DNA from: a virus
Taxonomy: Duplodnaviria > Heunggongvirae > Uroviricota > Caudoviricetes
DNA length: 64,000 bases
Virus record (IMG/VR): IMGVR_UViG_3300005512_000002
Coordinates: 1-64,000 of that record
Direction: 5' to 3' (one strand)
Shown here: positions 53,701 through 62,253 of the stretch, piece after piece
Position numbering within the stretch: the first letter of the stretch is position 1
Layout: every line of letters begins with the position of its first letter
Notes under the pieces: generated by a model
The model's database searches: none
Told to the model about the DNA's origin: nothing
What the model saw: only the letters and a program-made list of their open reading frames with translations
Translations under genes and position numbers: made by a program

Positions 53701-54130
53701 GGGCCTGTTCCAGGCCATGCTCAGCCAGTTGTGCAAGCTGGCCAACGTCGCCCTGCAGTACGGCGTGCCGCCCGAGGCCATGCTCAGCACCATGATCGAC
53801 TCGAACTTCGAGCCCAAGGGGATGGTCACCGGCCACGTCGGCATCAAGACCGCTCCCAGCGTGGTGAACCTGGCGGCCCGCCTGATCGCCTACCACGAGT
53901 TCGGCGACACCAGCGTGCTCAACATTCAGCCGGACGCCAAATTGTCCGAGGCCGACACCCAGGCGATCGACAGTGTGCTGCAGTCGGGTGAAGGCGGCCT
54001 GATGAATGACCGGACCTCGGTCACCGTGGGCAACGAGCCCTGCCCGGCCTGCGGCTCGCACCGGTACGTCACCTCCGGCGCCGGCTGCAAGAAGTGCATG
54101 GACTGCGGATTCTCCGGCGGCTGCGGTTAG
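50771..54130 (+). CDS. nrdJ: Ribonucleotide reductase large subunit (likely class II adenosylcobalamin-dependent NrdJ-like; class not certain)
   Basis: ASNPCSEHLRLDNSACNLASL active-site block (NPC.E..L.....CNL.S.N); 1119 aa; C-terminal CPACG...CKKCMDCG cysteine tail; no adjacent NrdB-like small subunit seen. Confidence 0.65.
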   Translation: MQIDRHYTRPGEDAFDRFEYEQRDVRVLDHRTGEISFEMNGIELPRHWSKTAGQIAVAKYFRKAGVPAATCERSTRVILADGTEHVTPNWLCPRKAAPDTTFGAETSIRQVVHRIVGHWAYTGLLNDYFEPTEDQVTQLLQGHENFNREDAARQARSDNAEAFYDEMVHMLVAQVGAPNSPQWFNTGLWWAYGIEGPAQGHWYVDLPANTQHMDILPDTIGDIAVEVSDLRRWLSRERCLPSRNAYQSVQAHACFILDVNDSLLEEGGILDWYQREARIFKYGSGAGANVSNLRGRGEKLSGGGTSSGVLSWIEVADRSAGAIKSGGTTRRAAKMVVLDVDHPDIGEFISCKMQAEQRVADLITGSKLNLECAQAIMAHPGIPQPVADAQRLGIPDHVIERARLARREYGVEQIGWEDYQLDADFEGEAYQTVPFQNANHSVRVPAGFFDRGEMPLLSRTDASVMKVVSTRDLLRDMAWAAWSCGDPGIQYQTNINDWNTTPEDGEIRASNPCSEHLRLDNSACNLASLRLTAFLQDDDDDSEPQIDLNGLEHAVWMWVLALDITNTLAHFPDRKIAVNSYLYRDIGLGFADLGALLMSLGIPYDSDDGRELAGALSALIQGQAYLASADLAQGLGPYPRFGANREHHLRVLRNHLRATGILPHPEIAVPEAYEKLTVTPRELDADHLPGFHGQSLKAAIAAVWQQAERHARQHGLRNAEMTVIAPTGTIGMVMDCQTTGVEPVLSLTVTKQLVGGGTVEQTPTRALMRGLQTMGYARPGDLVFVKQIIEDLGRQHNTVFATALGSEGIDPIRWEAHLGMMAAVQPFVSGGISKTVNMLHDATVQDVARAFAMGHELGLKSIAIYRDGSKLSQPLTITAGKQGQTPSPPPALAPAPAESVLERTERMTQAMGQLMEQAKTQGVCSPPLHPFRVRLPNVRESGIDVCAQLGPGKLYVHTTRYPDGKLGEMWLTYSADQGLFQAMLSQLCKLANVALQYGVPPEAMLSTMIDSNFEPKGMVTGHVGIKTAPSVVNLAARLIAYHEFGDTSVLNIQPDAKLSEADTQAIDSVLQSGEGGLMNDRTSVTVGNEPCPACGSHRYVTSGAGCKKCMDCGFSGGCG

Positions 54131-54132
54131 CC

Positions 54133-54177
54133 ACCGCCGTGCGGCGGTGCATCTGAGATTTGAGATTTGAGATCGCC
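54133..54177 (+). terminator. Putative rho-independent terminator: GC hairpin followed by the conserved 26-mer ATCTGAGATTTGAGATTTGAGATCGC
   Basis: CACCGCC-gtgc-GGCGGTG stem-loop 3 nt after the RNR stop, then T-containing tract; same 26-mer in reverse orientation at 62198-62223. Confidence 0.5.
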
Positions 54178-54209
54178 CGCCGGACGGCGGGCGGGAAGGA
54201 GCAAGTGTC

Positions 54210-54467
54210 ATGGCGAGTGGATCTGGCAGTCACTACTACGGCGGAATTGGCTTTTTCGGCCTGTTTTTCCTGGTGCTGTTTGTGCTCAAGGTGCTGGGCA
54301 AGCTCACCTGGTCCTGGTGGTGGGTCACCGCCCCGGTGTGGGGGCCGTTCGTCCTGATCGTCGGCATCACGATGCTGATCGTCGCGGTCGTACTCCTGGC
54401 CAAGGGTCTGGTCCGGTTCCTGGAGCGCAGGAACAAGAAGCAGAAAAAGACGCTGCCCCGCCACTGA
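54210..54467 (+). CDS. Small membrane protein
   Basis: AAGGAG RBS 7 nt before ATG; GIGFFGLFFLVLFVLKVLG and FVLIVGITMLIVAVVLLA helices. Confidence 0.45.
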   Translation: MASGSGSHYYGGIGFFGLFFLVLFVLKVLGKLTWSWWWVTAPVWGPFVLIVGITMLIVAVVLLAKGLVRFLERRNKKQKKTLPRH

Positions 54468-54553
54468 ACATCACCATTTACCACGCCTTGCCCCGGGGAC
54501 AACTTCCGGGGGCGAGGGCTAACTTCCGGGGGTCCCTGGGAGGGGAAAGAAAC

Positions 54554-55930
54554 ATGGCAGAGAACAGCACCCACACGTGGACGGTCGATGAGGACAGCTT
54601 CATCATCCAGCACGCCCCCAACACCGGGCAGATGAGCTTCGTGCAGATCGGCGACAAGCTGGGCAAGCTCACCAAGAACCAGGTCCGGGGCCGATACCTG
54701 CGACTGCGTGAGAACTTCCTCAAGTGGCTGCACGACGGCAGCAACGAGCAGGCCGGCGGTGACCAGGGCCCGGCGGCCAAGGTCACCAAGGACACCCCGG
54801 GGGTCGAGTGGGACCAGGGCACGGACAGCCAGGTGGTGACCGTGGTCTCGGACACCGTGCGCACGCTGGAGGACGCCCTGAAAACCGCCCGGGTGGACCT
54901 GACGGTCTGGGACGTGGAACGCAAGGTCATCAACAAGTGGGACTGCGCCGCCAAACGCAAGCAAGGCTTCGAGGTCGTGGAACTCTGGCAGGTCAAGGTG
55001 TGGCTCCAGCGCAAGACGCCCAGCCGCGACGAGAACGTGGTCCAGGCCCTGGTCCAGAAGCTCAAGGCCTTCACGCCGGCGATTCCGCCGGTCAACCACC
55101 GCCGCCTGCCGGTCCGGGCCGAGCACTTCATGCTGGAGGTCTCGCCCATGGACCTGCACGTGGGCAAATACTGCTGGGCGGCCGAGACCGGCACGGACTA
55201 CGACCTGAAAATCGCCGGCGAGGACTTCATGCACGCCCTGGAGACCGCCCTCAGTTACGTGCATGCGTTCCCCATCGGCCAGGTCCTGTTTCCGGTGGGC
55301 AACGACCTGATCCACGTGGACACGCCCGAGGGGACCACGGCCGCCGGCACCCGCCAGGACGTGGACACCCGCTGGCAGAAGCTGTACATGAAGACCTACG
55401 ACCTGATGACCCTGGCCATCAACCGCCTGCGGCTGCTGGCCCCGGTCAAGGTGCTGGTCATTCCCGGCAACCACGACACGCAACTGTGCTTCACCATGGG
55501 CCACAGCCTGGAGTGTACCTATCGCAACGCCCGGGACGTGGACGTGGACAACCGGCCGACCCGCCGCAAATACTTCCGCTACGGCGTGAACCTGCTGGGT
55601 TTCACCCATGGCCACAAGGAGAAGAAGGCCAGCCTGCCCCTGATCATGGCCCAGGAGTGCCCGGCCGACTGGGCCGCCGCCACCACCAAGGAATGGCACG
55701 TCGGGCACCTGCACAAGCGGGCCCTGGACAAGTACACCGCCGGTGATTCGCACCAGGGGGTGGGCGTGCGCATCCTGCCCAGCCTGTCGGGCACCGACGC
55801 CTGGCACGCGGAGATGGGCTACGTCAAGGGCCCCAGGGCCCTGGAGGCTTACCTCTGGGGTCTGACCTCGGGCTACGCCGGGCACTTCTCGGCCAACGTG
55901 CCGCCCGAGGCCCATACCCAGGTCGCCTGA
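54554..55930 (+). CDS. Calcineurin-like metallophosphoesterase with extra N-terminal domain
   Basis: DLH (motif I), VGNDLIHVD (GD..D), VIPGNHD (GNHD), GFTHGH, GHLHKR (GH.H) in canonical order. Confidence 0.55.
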   Translation: MAENSTHTWTVDEDSFIIQHAPNTGQMSFVQIGDKLGKLTKNQVRGRYLRLRENFLKWLHDGSNEQAGGDQGPAAKVTKDTPGVEWDQGTDSQVVTVVSDTVRTLEDALKTARVDLTVWDVERKVINKWDCAAKRKQGFEVVELWQVKVWLQRKTPSRDENVVQALVQKLKAFTPAIPPVNHRRLPVRAEHFMLEVSPMDLHVGKYCWAAETGTDYDLKIAGEDFMHALETALSYVHAFPIGQVLFPVGNDLIHVDTPEGTTAAGTRQDVDTRWQKLYMKTYDLMTLAINRLRLLAPVKVLVIPGNHDTQLCFTMGHSLECTYRNARDVDVDNRPTRRKYFRYGVNLLGFTHGHKEKKASLPLIMAQECPADWAAATTKEWHVGHLHKRALDKYTAGDSHQGVGVRILPSLSGTDAWHAEMGYVKGPRALEAYLWGLTSGYAGHFSANVPPEAHTQVA

Positions 55931-56021
55931 CCCGCGTCATCGCTACCGGCGGACGGCTCCACGAGCATGTTTTCAACTACCAGCTTGTGTGATGCCAACC
56001 GCACGATATACTGGTTGAGCA

Positions 56022-58280
56022 ATGACTGCCGTTATGACCAAAAAAACACTCTCAGGTGATCGCATTCAGTTCGCAGGTATCATCGAGAGCATCACCTTCA
56101 CAGATGAGGAGTCTGGCTATGCTGTAGTCCGGATCAGGGCCGACAAGGTCAGCCGCGAGCAACTGCCGGCCAGCCTGCTCAACAAGGCGGGCTGGGTCAC
56201 CTGCCTGGGCCCCGGCCTGGCCGGCCTGCCGGTGGGCGAGAAGCTGCGGATCGACGGCAGCCTCAAGCGCCATCCGCAGTACGGCGACCAGGTGGCGGTC
56301 GAGGACTTCGAGATGGTCGAGCCCAGCGAGCGGGTCGAGATCCAGAAGTTCCTGGCCAGCCACGTCCACCAGATCGACACGCACTTCGCCCGCCTGATCG
56401 TCGAGCGCTTCGGCACCGACACGCTCAAGGTGGTCGCCGAGGAGCCCGAGCGGCTGGCCCAGATCAAGGGGATCGGCAAGGTGCGGGTGGCGGCCATCAA
56501 GGACGCCTGGGGCCTGATCGCCGCCGAGCGCGACCTGCTGGCCATGCTCACCCGGTGCGGGCTCTCGGCCCGCTTCAAGGGTGCCATCCAGAAGGCCTAC
56601 GGCGACCAGGCCCTGGCCAAGATCCAGGAGAACCCCTACGCCCTGATCCACGACATCGACGGGATCGGCTTCAAGACCGCCGACGCGGTCGCCCGCAAGC
56701 TGGGGGTTCCCGAGACCAGCATCTTCCGGGTCCAGGCCGCCATCTGCCACGTGCTGGAGAACGGCTCGACCCAGGGCCACAGCTTTGCTTACCGCGAGGA
56801 ACTGCTGCCCACGGTGCTGGAGTTCCTGGGCCGTGGCGACCCGATGATGAACCTGGACCTGGTCGCCGAGGCCCTGGACCAGGCCCGGGACCAGGACCTG
56901 GTGACCGTCGAGGATAACCGCATCTACCACCCCAAGCTGGCGGTGGTCGAGAACCGGGCGGCCGACCTGCTGCGGGGCATGGTCCGCTGCGGCCCGGTGC
57001 TGGACACCGAGCGCCAAAAGCGGGCTTTCGACGCCGCCGTCAAGGCCGCCGGCGTGGATCTGCACCCGGTCCAGCGCGAGGCCCTGGCCGCCAGCCTGCG
57101 CGGGCCGGTCAGCATCCTGACCGGCGGCCCGGGCACCGGCAAGACCACCATCACCCGGGGCCTGGTGGCCGGCTTCCAGGCCGTGGGTCTGTCCGTGCAC
57201 CTGATGGCCCCCACCGGGCGGGCCGCCAAGCGGATGACCGAGGTGATCGGCGAGCAGGCTTTCACCATCCACCGTCGGCTGCTGCCGATCGCCCGGGGCG
57301 AGCCGGCCCTGGAGGGGGCGGTCGTGGTGGACGAGGTCTCCATGGTGGATATCCGCCTGCTGGCCTGGGTGCTCGATTCGATCACTCCCAGCACCATGCT
57401 GGTGTTCGTCGGGGACCAGGACCAGTTGCCCAGCGTCGGACCCGGGGCGGTGATGCGCGACCTGATCGACTCGGGGGCCATCGCCGTCACCCGCTTGACG
57501 CACATCTTCCGCCAGGCGGCCCAAAGCGACATCGTGGTCAATGCCCACGCCATCAATGAAGGCCGCATTGACCGCCTGCACCGCATCGGCCGCCACTGCG
57601 GCCTGCCCACCGGCACGGACATGATGTTCGCCATGGTCGAGGGGCCCGAGCAGCAGGCCTCGGCGGCCTTGTGGCTGGCCAGCGACCTGGCCCGCCGCTA
57701 CGGCTTCGATCCGACCAGCGACGTGCAGGTGATCAGTGCCGGGCATCGCGGCCTGACCGGCGTGACCGAACTCAATGCCCAGTTGCAGCGGCGCTTGAAC
57801 CCCGACCCGGCCGACGCCCTGGAGCGGCGGCCCGGCGTGATCTGGGGCCTGGGCGATCGCCTGATGAACCTGGCCAACAACTACAAGCTGGGCATCTTCA
57901 ACGGCGACGTGGGCCGGCTGGCCGCCATTCACCGCCAGGACCCGGACAAGGCCGACCGGGTCACCGGGATCACGGTTGATTTCGAGGGCGAGAGCGTGCT
58001 GGTCGAGCCGGACTGGTTCAACTGCCTGCGGCTGTGCTACTGCACCACGGTGCACAAGTGCCAGGGCTCGGAGTTTCCCTGCGTGGTCATGGTGCTCTCG
58101 GGCAGCCACCACATGCTGCTGCAGCGGAACCTGGTCTACACCGGGGCCACCCGGGCCAGCAAGCTGCTGTTCGTGGTCACCGATCACGGCGCCCTGTCGC
58201 GGGCCCTGGCCAACAACCAGGTCGCCCGGCGCAACAGCTTCCTGGCCGAGAAGATCCGGATGGAGGCCTCCGCCGCATGA
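56022..58280 (+). CDS. RecD-like (RecD2/helicase superfamily 1) ATP-dependent DNA helicase
   Basis: IKGIGKVRVAAI HhH; GGPGTGKTT Walker A; VVVDEVSMVD; FVGDQDQLPSVGPG; CTTVHKCQGSEFPCVVMVL motif VI. Confidence 0.7.
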   Translation: MTAVMTKKTLSGDRIQFAGIIESITFTDEESGYAVVRIRADKVSREQLPASLLNKAGWVTCLGPGLAGLPVGEKLRIDGSLKRHPQYGDQVAVEDFEMVEPSERVEIQKFLASHVHQIDTHFARLIVERFGTDTLKVVAEEPERLAQIKGIGKVRVAAIKDAWGLIAAERDLLAMLTRCGLSARFKGAIQKAYGDQALAKIQENPYALIHDIDGIGFKTADAVARKLGVPETSIFRVQAAICHVLENGSTQGHSFAYREELLPTVLEFLGRGDPMMNLDLVAEALDQARDQDLVTVEDNRIYHPKLAVVENRAADLLRGMVRCGPVLDTERQKRAFDAAVKAAGVDLHPVQREALAASLRGPVSILTGGPGTGKTTITRGLVAGFQAVGLSVHLMAPTGRAAKRMTEVIGEQAFTIHRRLLPIARGEPALEGAVVVDEVSMVDIRLLAWVLDSITPSTMLVFVGDQDQLPSVGPGAVMRDLIDSGAIAVTRLTHIFRQAAQSDIVVNAHAINEGRIDRLHRIGRHCGLPTGTDMMFAMVEGPEQQASAALWLASDLARRYGFDPTSDVQVISAGHRGLTGVTELNAQLQRRLNPDPADALERRPGVIWGLGDRLMNLANNYKLGIFNGDVGRLAAIHRQDPDKADRVTGITVDFEGESVLVEPDWFNCLRLCYCTTVHKCQGSEFPCVVMVLSGSHHMLLQRNLVYTGATRASKLLFVVTDHGALSRALANNQVARRNSFLAEKIRMEASAA

Positions 58281-58594
58281 AAAGCCAGAACAAGTACACC
58301 ATCTTCAAGGTCGAGGACATCAAGGCGGCCCTCTCGGCCGAGGAGCTTGGACAGCTTCACCGCCTGCTGCAGAAGGTTCACGCCACCCGCGTGGCCCAGA
58401 ACCGTCCGACCAACCGCTACTTCGTCCTGAACCTCACCGACCCGTTCGCCCGGGCGGCCCTGGATGCCTATGTCCAGGCCGCCGAAACCGATCCGCAGGT
58501 CAAGGGCAACCCATGCGTGCAGGAGATCCTCCTGTTGCTGCGCGACATGCTGTTCGGCAGCCGCCTGGAGTGCGACGAACGCCTGCCCGACTGA
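58277..58594 (+). CDS. Hypothetical protein
   Basis: ATGA overlap with the helicase stop; 105 aa. Confidence 0.4.
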   Translation: MKSQNKYTIFKVEDIKAALSAEELGQLHRLLQKVHATRVAQNRPTNRYFVLNLTDPFARAALDAYVQAAETDPQVKGNPCVQEILLLLRDMLFGSRLECDERLPD

Positions 58595-58632
58595 CCCGTG
58601 CACGAAGGGTCACAGCCCAAGGAGAAAGCACC

Positions 58633-58878
58633 ATGCTGATCAGTCTCAAGCCCAAGCGTCACGTGAACCTCAATGTCCTGTACGACGAGGTGACCCGTCT
58701 GGAGGCCGGCGTCAAGCAAGTCAGCCGGGCCCAGGCCGGCGAGGTTTCGTCGTGTCTGCTGGACCTTCTGGCGGCCCAGTGGGAAACCAATCCCAGGGGC
58801 GTGGTGGACCTGTTCAAACAAAGGCACAGCCGCCCGGTGGTGCAGAATCTGATCCGCCACCTGCGGCACAGGAGATAG
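58633..58878 (+). CDS. Hypothetical small protein
   Basis: AAGGAG RBS 7 nt before ATG 58633. Confidence 0.4.
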   Translation: MLISLKPKRHVNLNVLYDEVTRLEAGVKQVSRAQAGEVSSCLLDLLAAQWETNPRGVVDLFKQRHSRPVVQNLIRHLRHRR

Positions 58879-58885
58879 TCCCGTC

Positions 58886-59644
58886 ATGCCCAGCTACAAG
58901 CAACACATGGCCCTGGTCCGCGACTGCCCGGACACCGACGAACTGACCCCCCTGCTGACCGCCCACGGCATGCCCGAGGACCAGGCCGCCGGGGTCGGCG
59001 ACGTGGACCAGGAGCCCGACAGCGTGGTGGGACTGCTGGCCGTGGCCTCCACCGCCACCATCAAGCGGCTCAACCGCCAGGACATGACCACCGACAAGGT
59101 GGAAGTGCCCAAGGACGACACATTCCTGTTCCGGGTGTTGCCGGTCCGCGACCCGGCCAATCCGCAACTGGCCTTCCTGGAGGTCTACGACGGCGGCCAG
59201 AAATCAGCCCAGACCGTCAGTGAGTTTCTGGCCGGCGATCTGGCGGCGGGCCTGGCTCCCGAGCCGATCGAGGTGGACCTGCAGGCGGTGTACGCCAGAC
59301 TGCGGACCTTGCATCCGGACGTGAGGATCGCCGCCGCCCAGATCGGCGGCTACAAGCTCAACGACCAGGTGGCAGGCCCCTACGCGCCCCGCTTCAGCGA
59401 GACCGCCACGGCTCTTGATTTCTTGAGCAGCCTGCCCAAGGGCGAGGATTGCAAAACCGTCGTCAAGAGCGTGAAGCTCGTCTGGCGGATGGGCAAGAAG
59501 AAGGTGACCCTGACCGCCCGGCCCAACGCCGCTTTCGGCTTCGCCTGCGCCGAGGAACTCGAAGACCGGGTCCGCGACGTGGTCCGTCAGCTTGTCGGGG
59601 CCCCCCGCCGGCACGCGGGCTCGGCTCTGGCCGGAGCGTCCTGA
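58886..59644 (+). CDS. Hypothetical protein
   Basis: 252-aa ORF; no motif recognised. Confidence 0.4.
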   Translation: MPSYKQHMALVRDCPDTDELTPLLTAHGMPEDQAAGVGDVDQEPDSVVGLLAVASTATIKRLNRQDMTTDKVEVPKDDTFLFRVLPVRDPANPQLAFLEVYDGGQKSAQTVSEFLAGDLAAGLAPEPIEVDLQAVYARLRTLHPDVRIAAAQIGGYKLNDQVAGPYAPRFSETATALDFLSSLPKGEDCKTVVKSVKLVWRMGKKKVTLTARPNAAFGFACAEELEDRVRDVVRQLVGAPRRHAGSALAGAS

Positions 59645-59646
59645 AC

Positions 59647-59919
59647 ATGAGCGTGCGACAGTGGCTCGACGAGCAACTGGAAGACGGCCTGCTGGCCGAC
59701 GGTTTTGACCAGGCCCTGATCGGCTACGTCGAGCAGTTCGGCCGGCCGCCGGTGGCCCTGTACGACCGCGCGGCGTGCATCCGGATTCTCATGGACCGCG
59801 ACGACATGGGCCGCGAGGAGGCCGAGGAGTTTTTCGAGTTCAACGTGGCCGGGGCCTGTGTCGGAGAGCACACCCCTGCCTTTGCCGTGCTGGCACCCGA
59901 AAACGAGACCGTACCATGA
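59647..59919 (+). CDS. Hypothetical small acidic protein
   Basis: ATG 3 nt after the upstream stop. Confidence 0.4.
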   Translation: MSVRQWLDEQLEDGLLADGFDQALIGYVEQFGRPPVALYDRAACIRILMDRDDMGREEAEEFFEFNVAGACVGEHTPAFAVLAPENETVP

Positions 59920-60191
59920 GCGAACCCGAACACCTGTTCCCGTGCCAGGTCGCCCACGAGCATGAGATCGAGGTGACCGTCAATCTCGACCTGCTCCGGC
60001 AGCGACGCTACGCCGCCGTGCGTATGGCCTTCCGCCTGCTGTGCCGCAAGATGCGCGACACCATGCAGGAGCACCCCAAGAAACTCATCGTGCCCCACCG
60101 CGTGGGCCACCAGTTCACCGATCAGCACCTGCGCCTGTACGCCAAGCTGCACACCCTGACCCCCCTTGTCCCGGAGGAGACCGAACCGTGA
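59916..60191 (+). CDS. Hypothetical small protein
   Basis: ATGA overlap. Confidence 0.4.
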   Translation: MSEPEHLFPCQVAHEHEIEVTVNLDLLRQRRYAAVRMAFRLLCRKMRDTMQEHPKKLIVPHRVGHQFTDQHLRLYAKLHTLTPLVPEETEP

Positions 60192-60598
60192 TCGACGAGC
60201 AACTCAGAGTCTACCTGGCCGCCAGCTACGTGCGGCGGGCCGAGGCCCGCAAGATCAAGGAGCAACTGGAGCGGATGGCCGAGGTCCGGATCGTCAGCGA
60301 CTGGATGGTCCGCGATCCCGAACCGTCCGACCAGTGCGCGCCCAAGGACTACCAGCAACTGCACGATCAGGCCCAGGTCCTGGTGGTCCTGACCGGCGAC
60401 ACGCTCTCCAAGGGTGGCCGGCACACGGAACTGGGTATCGCCCTGGCCGAAGGCAAGCCCGTCTTGCTGCTGGGCCCGCGCGAGCGGAATGTCTTTCACC
60501 ACCTGGCCCAGGTTACCCAGTGCGACACGGTCGAGGACGTGGCCAGCAAGCTGATCATGATGGCCAACGACTGCCCGCAGGTGGTGGTCGCCTCCTAA
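60188..60598 (+). CDS. Nucleoside 2-deoxyribosyltransferase-like (NDT/SLOG-fold) protein
   Basis: GTGA overlap start; LRVYLAASYV...QVLVVLTGDTLSKGGRHTELGIALAEGKPVLLLG matches the NDT pattern (iYlAGpf...aD.vval.....DsGTafElGyA.A.gKPvi). Confidence 0.45.
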   Translation: MIDEQLRVYLAASYVRRAEARKIKEQLERMAEVRIVSDWMVRDPEPSDQCAPKDYQQLHDQAQVLVVLTGDTLSKGGRHTELGIALAEGKPVLLLGPRERNVFHHLAQVTQCDTVEDVASKLIMMANDCPQVVVAS

Positions 60599-60659
60599 AG
60601 TCGCCGCCGGAAGCGGCCGACAAAGTCGCAGGATCAAACACTAACCCCGGAGACCCATC

Positions 60660-61247
60660 ATGGAACTGCTGCCCGGCGTCCGCAAGAGCATGACCGCGAA
60701 CCTGGAGAGGCTGTGCCAGGAGATCGACCAGAGTTTGGCGCATTACGAGAACGAGGGCCAGGACGGTACGTTCCACCTGGCCGACTACCTGCTGCACGCC
60801 CGCTATCACCTGCAGTTGCTGCTGGGGAACAACCACGGCCTGGACCCGGTGCGAGGTGTCATCGCGTTCCGGGAGATCGCCAAGTGGGCCATGGCGGGCT
60901 TGAAGAACTGCGGGCTGACCCGCATCACTCACGGCATCACCACGAGCACCCACGAGATCGTCGAGCACCCGACGACCGACGACGTGTGGCTCGTTGTGCT
61001 CGATGCCCTTGCCGATTCTGAGCGGCTGATCCGCGATGCAGACGGTTGCGGGCTGCGATCGCTGGGTGAACACGTGTCCGTGTTGCTCTGGATGTTCGAT
61101 AAGGCCAACCTCGATATGGTCAGGACCGTAACCGGGTCGGGCCGTAGGGTGACCAATGTGGGCCTGGATCAGATCGCGGCCGTCTGTGCTCACTACTTGA
61201 ATCTGTGTGAGGCCCGCGAGACCGCCGTCCGCACCAAGGCGGTCTGA
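60660..61247 (+). CDS. Hypothetical protein
   Basis: GGAGAC RBS-like 6 nt before ATG; 195 aa. Confidence 0.4.
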   Translation: MELLPGVRKSMTANLERLCQEIDQSLAHYENEGQDGTFHLADYLLHARYHLQLLLGNNHGLDPVRGVIAFREIAKWAMAGLKNCGLTRITHGITTSTHEIVEHPTTDDVWLVVLDALADSERLIRDADGCGLRSLGEHVSVLLWMFDKANLDMVRTVTGSGRRVTNVGLDQIAAVCAHYLNLCEARETAVRTKAV

Positions 61248-61298
61248 ATTACTGATCTGACACAAATTGGTTCTTCGTTGACATAGAGGAACACCGCC

Positions 61299-61382
61299 AT
61301 GGGCCGCTGCCTGGACATGCTGGGCATCCTGTGGATCGTGATGATCGTCGTGGCCATCATTCTGACCAAGGTATACCCGTAA
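61299..61382 (+). CDS. Possible 27-aa hydrophobic peptide (MGRCLDMLGILWIVMIVVAIILTKVYP)
   Basis: AGAGGA RBS 9 nt before ATG; single TM-like helix; very short so speculative. Confidence 0.2.
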   Translation: MGRCLDMLGILWIVMIVVAIILTKVYP

Positions 61383-61399
61383 CGGGGCGGCGTGGGAGA

Positions 61400-61460
61400 A
61401 AGGGCACGACTCAGCCCGGGCACGCGGCTACCCCTCGCCGCTGTCCGGGCTTCTTCTTGC
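61400..61460. terminator. Candidate bidirectional terminator between convergent genes
   Basis: Imperfect long hairpin GCCCGGGCACGCGGC-tacccctc-GCCGCTGTCCGGGC followed by ttcttcttg; lies between plus-strand stop 61382 and minus-strand stop 61479. Confidence 0.35.
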
Positions 61461-61478
61461 GCGAAGTACCCAGCTTGC

Positions 61479-62207
61479 CTAGCTTGTCAATTGCTCGATA
61501 AAAGAGCGACGGTCGATCGACCGGTTGTAGCTCTTGGCACAGGCTGCCAGGCCGGCCACCAGCGCCGCTGCCACGCTCGTGCCCCTGAAGGGCCGCTGAC
61601 GGGCGTCGGCCCAGTCGGGCGACGTTCCGACCGGGGCCGTCAGATCCACGCCCTGCGGGCTGTCAGGGCCGCCTACGGCCACCACGCCGGGATGCGAGTG
61701 GGGCCACTGCCACAGCGGACTGTGGGCGGCCACCACGATGACCCCGCGCCGATCCAGGTCCGCCAGCCGATCGTCGAACAGGCGGCTGTGCTCGGTGAAG
61801 GCCAGGGCCATCAGGACCACGTCGGCCCCGATCTGCACCGCCCAATCGAGCGGTCGGCACAGGTTCTGCCAGGCCATGCGGGTGCCGGGGACCTCGGTGA
61901 TCACCTTGGCCACGTACAACGTGCAGGCTGGAGCGATCCCCAGCCGGACGGGGTCCTGGGACGCCACGATCTGACAGACCCGGCTGCCATGGGCATCACC
62001 GCCGCCCCCGGAAGCTCCGCAACTTCCAGGGCTGCTTGCAGGGGAGCTTTCGGGGTGGTTTCCGGAGGTCGGGGTCTCGGATAGAAAGCTGCGCACCTCC
62101 TCGGGGTAGACGAACGGCGTGCGGGCGTCCAGTCCCGAGTCCATGACCAGCACCCGGGCCCCTTGACCCAGGGTGTCCAACCACGCTTTGGGTGCTTGCG
62201 ATCTCAA
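61479..62207 (-). CDS. Subtilisin-like serine protease (peptidase S8), compact (start uncertain; track start is TTG)
   Basis: VLVMDSGLD (Asp), HGSRVCQIVAS (His), GTSVAAALVAG (Ser) catalytic triad blocks in S8 order. Confidence 0.6.
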   Translation of the reverse strand: MRSQAPKAWLDTLGQGARVLVMDSGLDARTPFVYPEEVRSFLSETPTSGNHPESSPASSPGSCGASGGGGDAHGSRVCQIVASQDPVRLGIAPACTLYVAKVITEVPGTRMAWQNLCRPLDWAVQIGADVVLMALAFTEHSRLFDDRLADLDRRGVIVVAAHSPLWQWPHSHPGVVAVGGPDSPQGVDLTAPVGTSPDWADARQRPFRGTSVAAALVAGLAACAKSYNRSIDRRSFIEQLTS

Positions 62208-62253
62208 ATCTCAAATCTCAGATATCACATCCGGCGGCTTCAGCCGCCGCCGG
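62198..62253 (-). terminator. Putative terminator for the 62240-63505 gene: GC hairpin spanning the stop codon plus the conserved 26-mer in reverse orientation
   Basis: On minus strand: ccggcggcggc-tgaa-gccgccgg then ATCTGAGATTTGAGATTTGAGATCGC, identical to 54151-54176. Confidence 0.5.
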
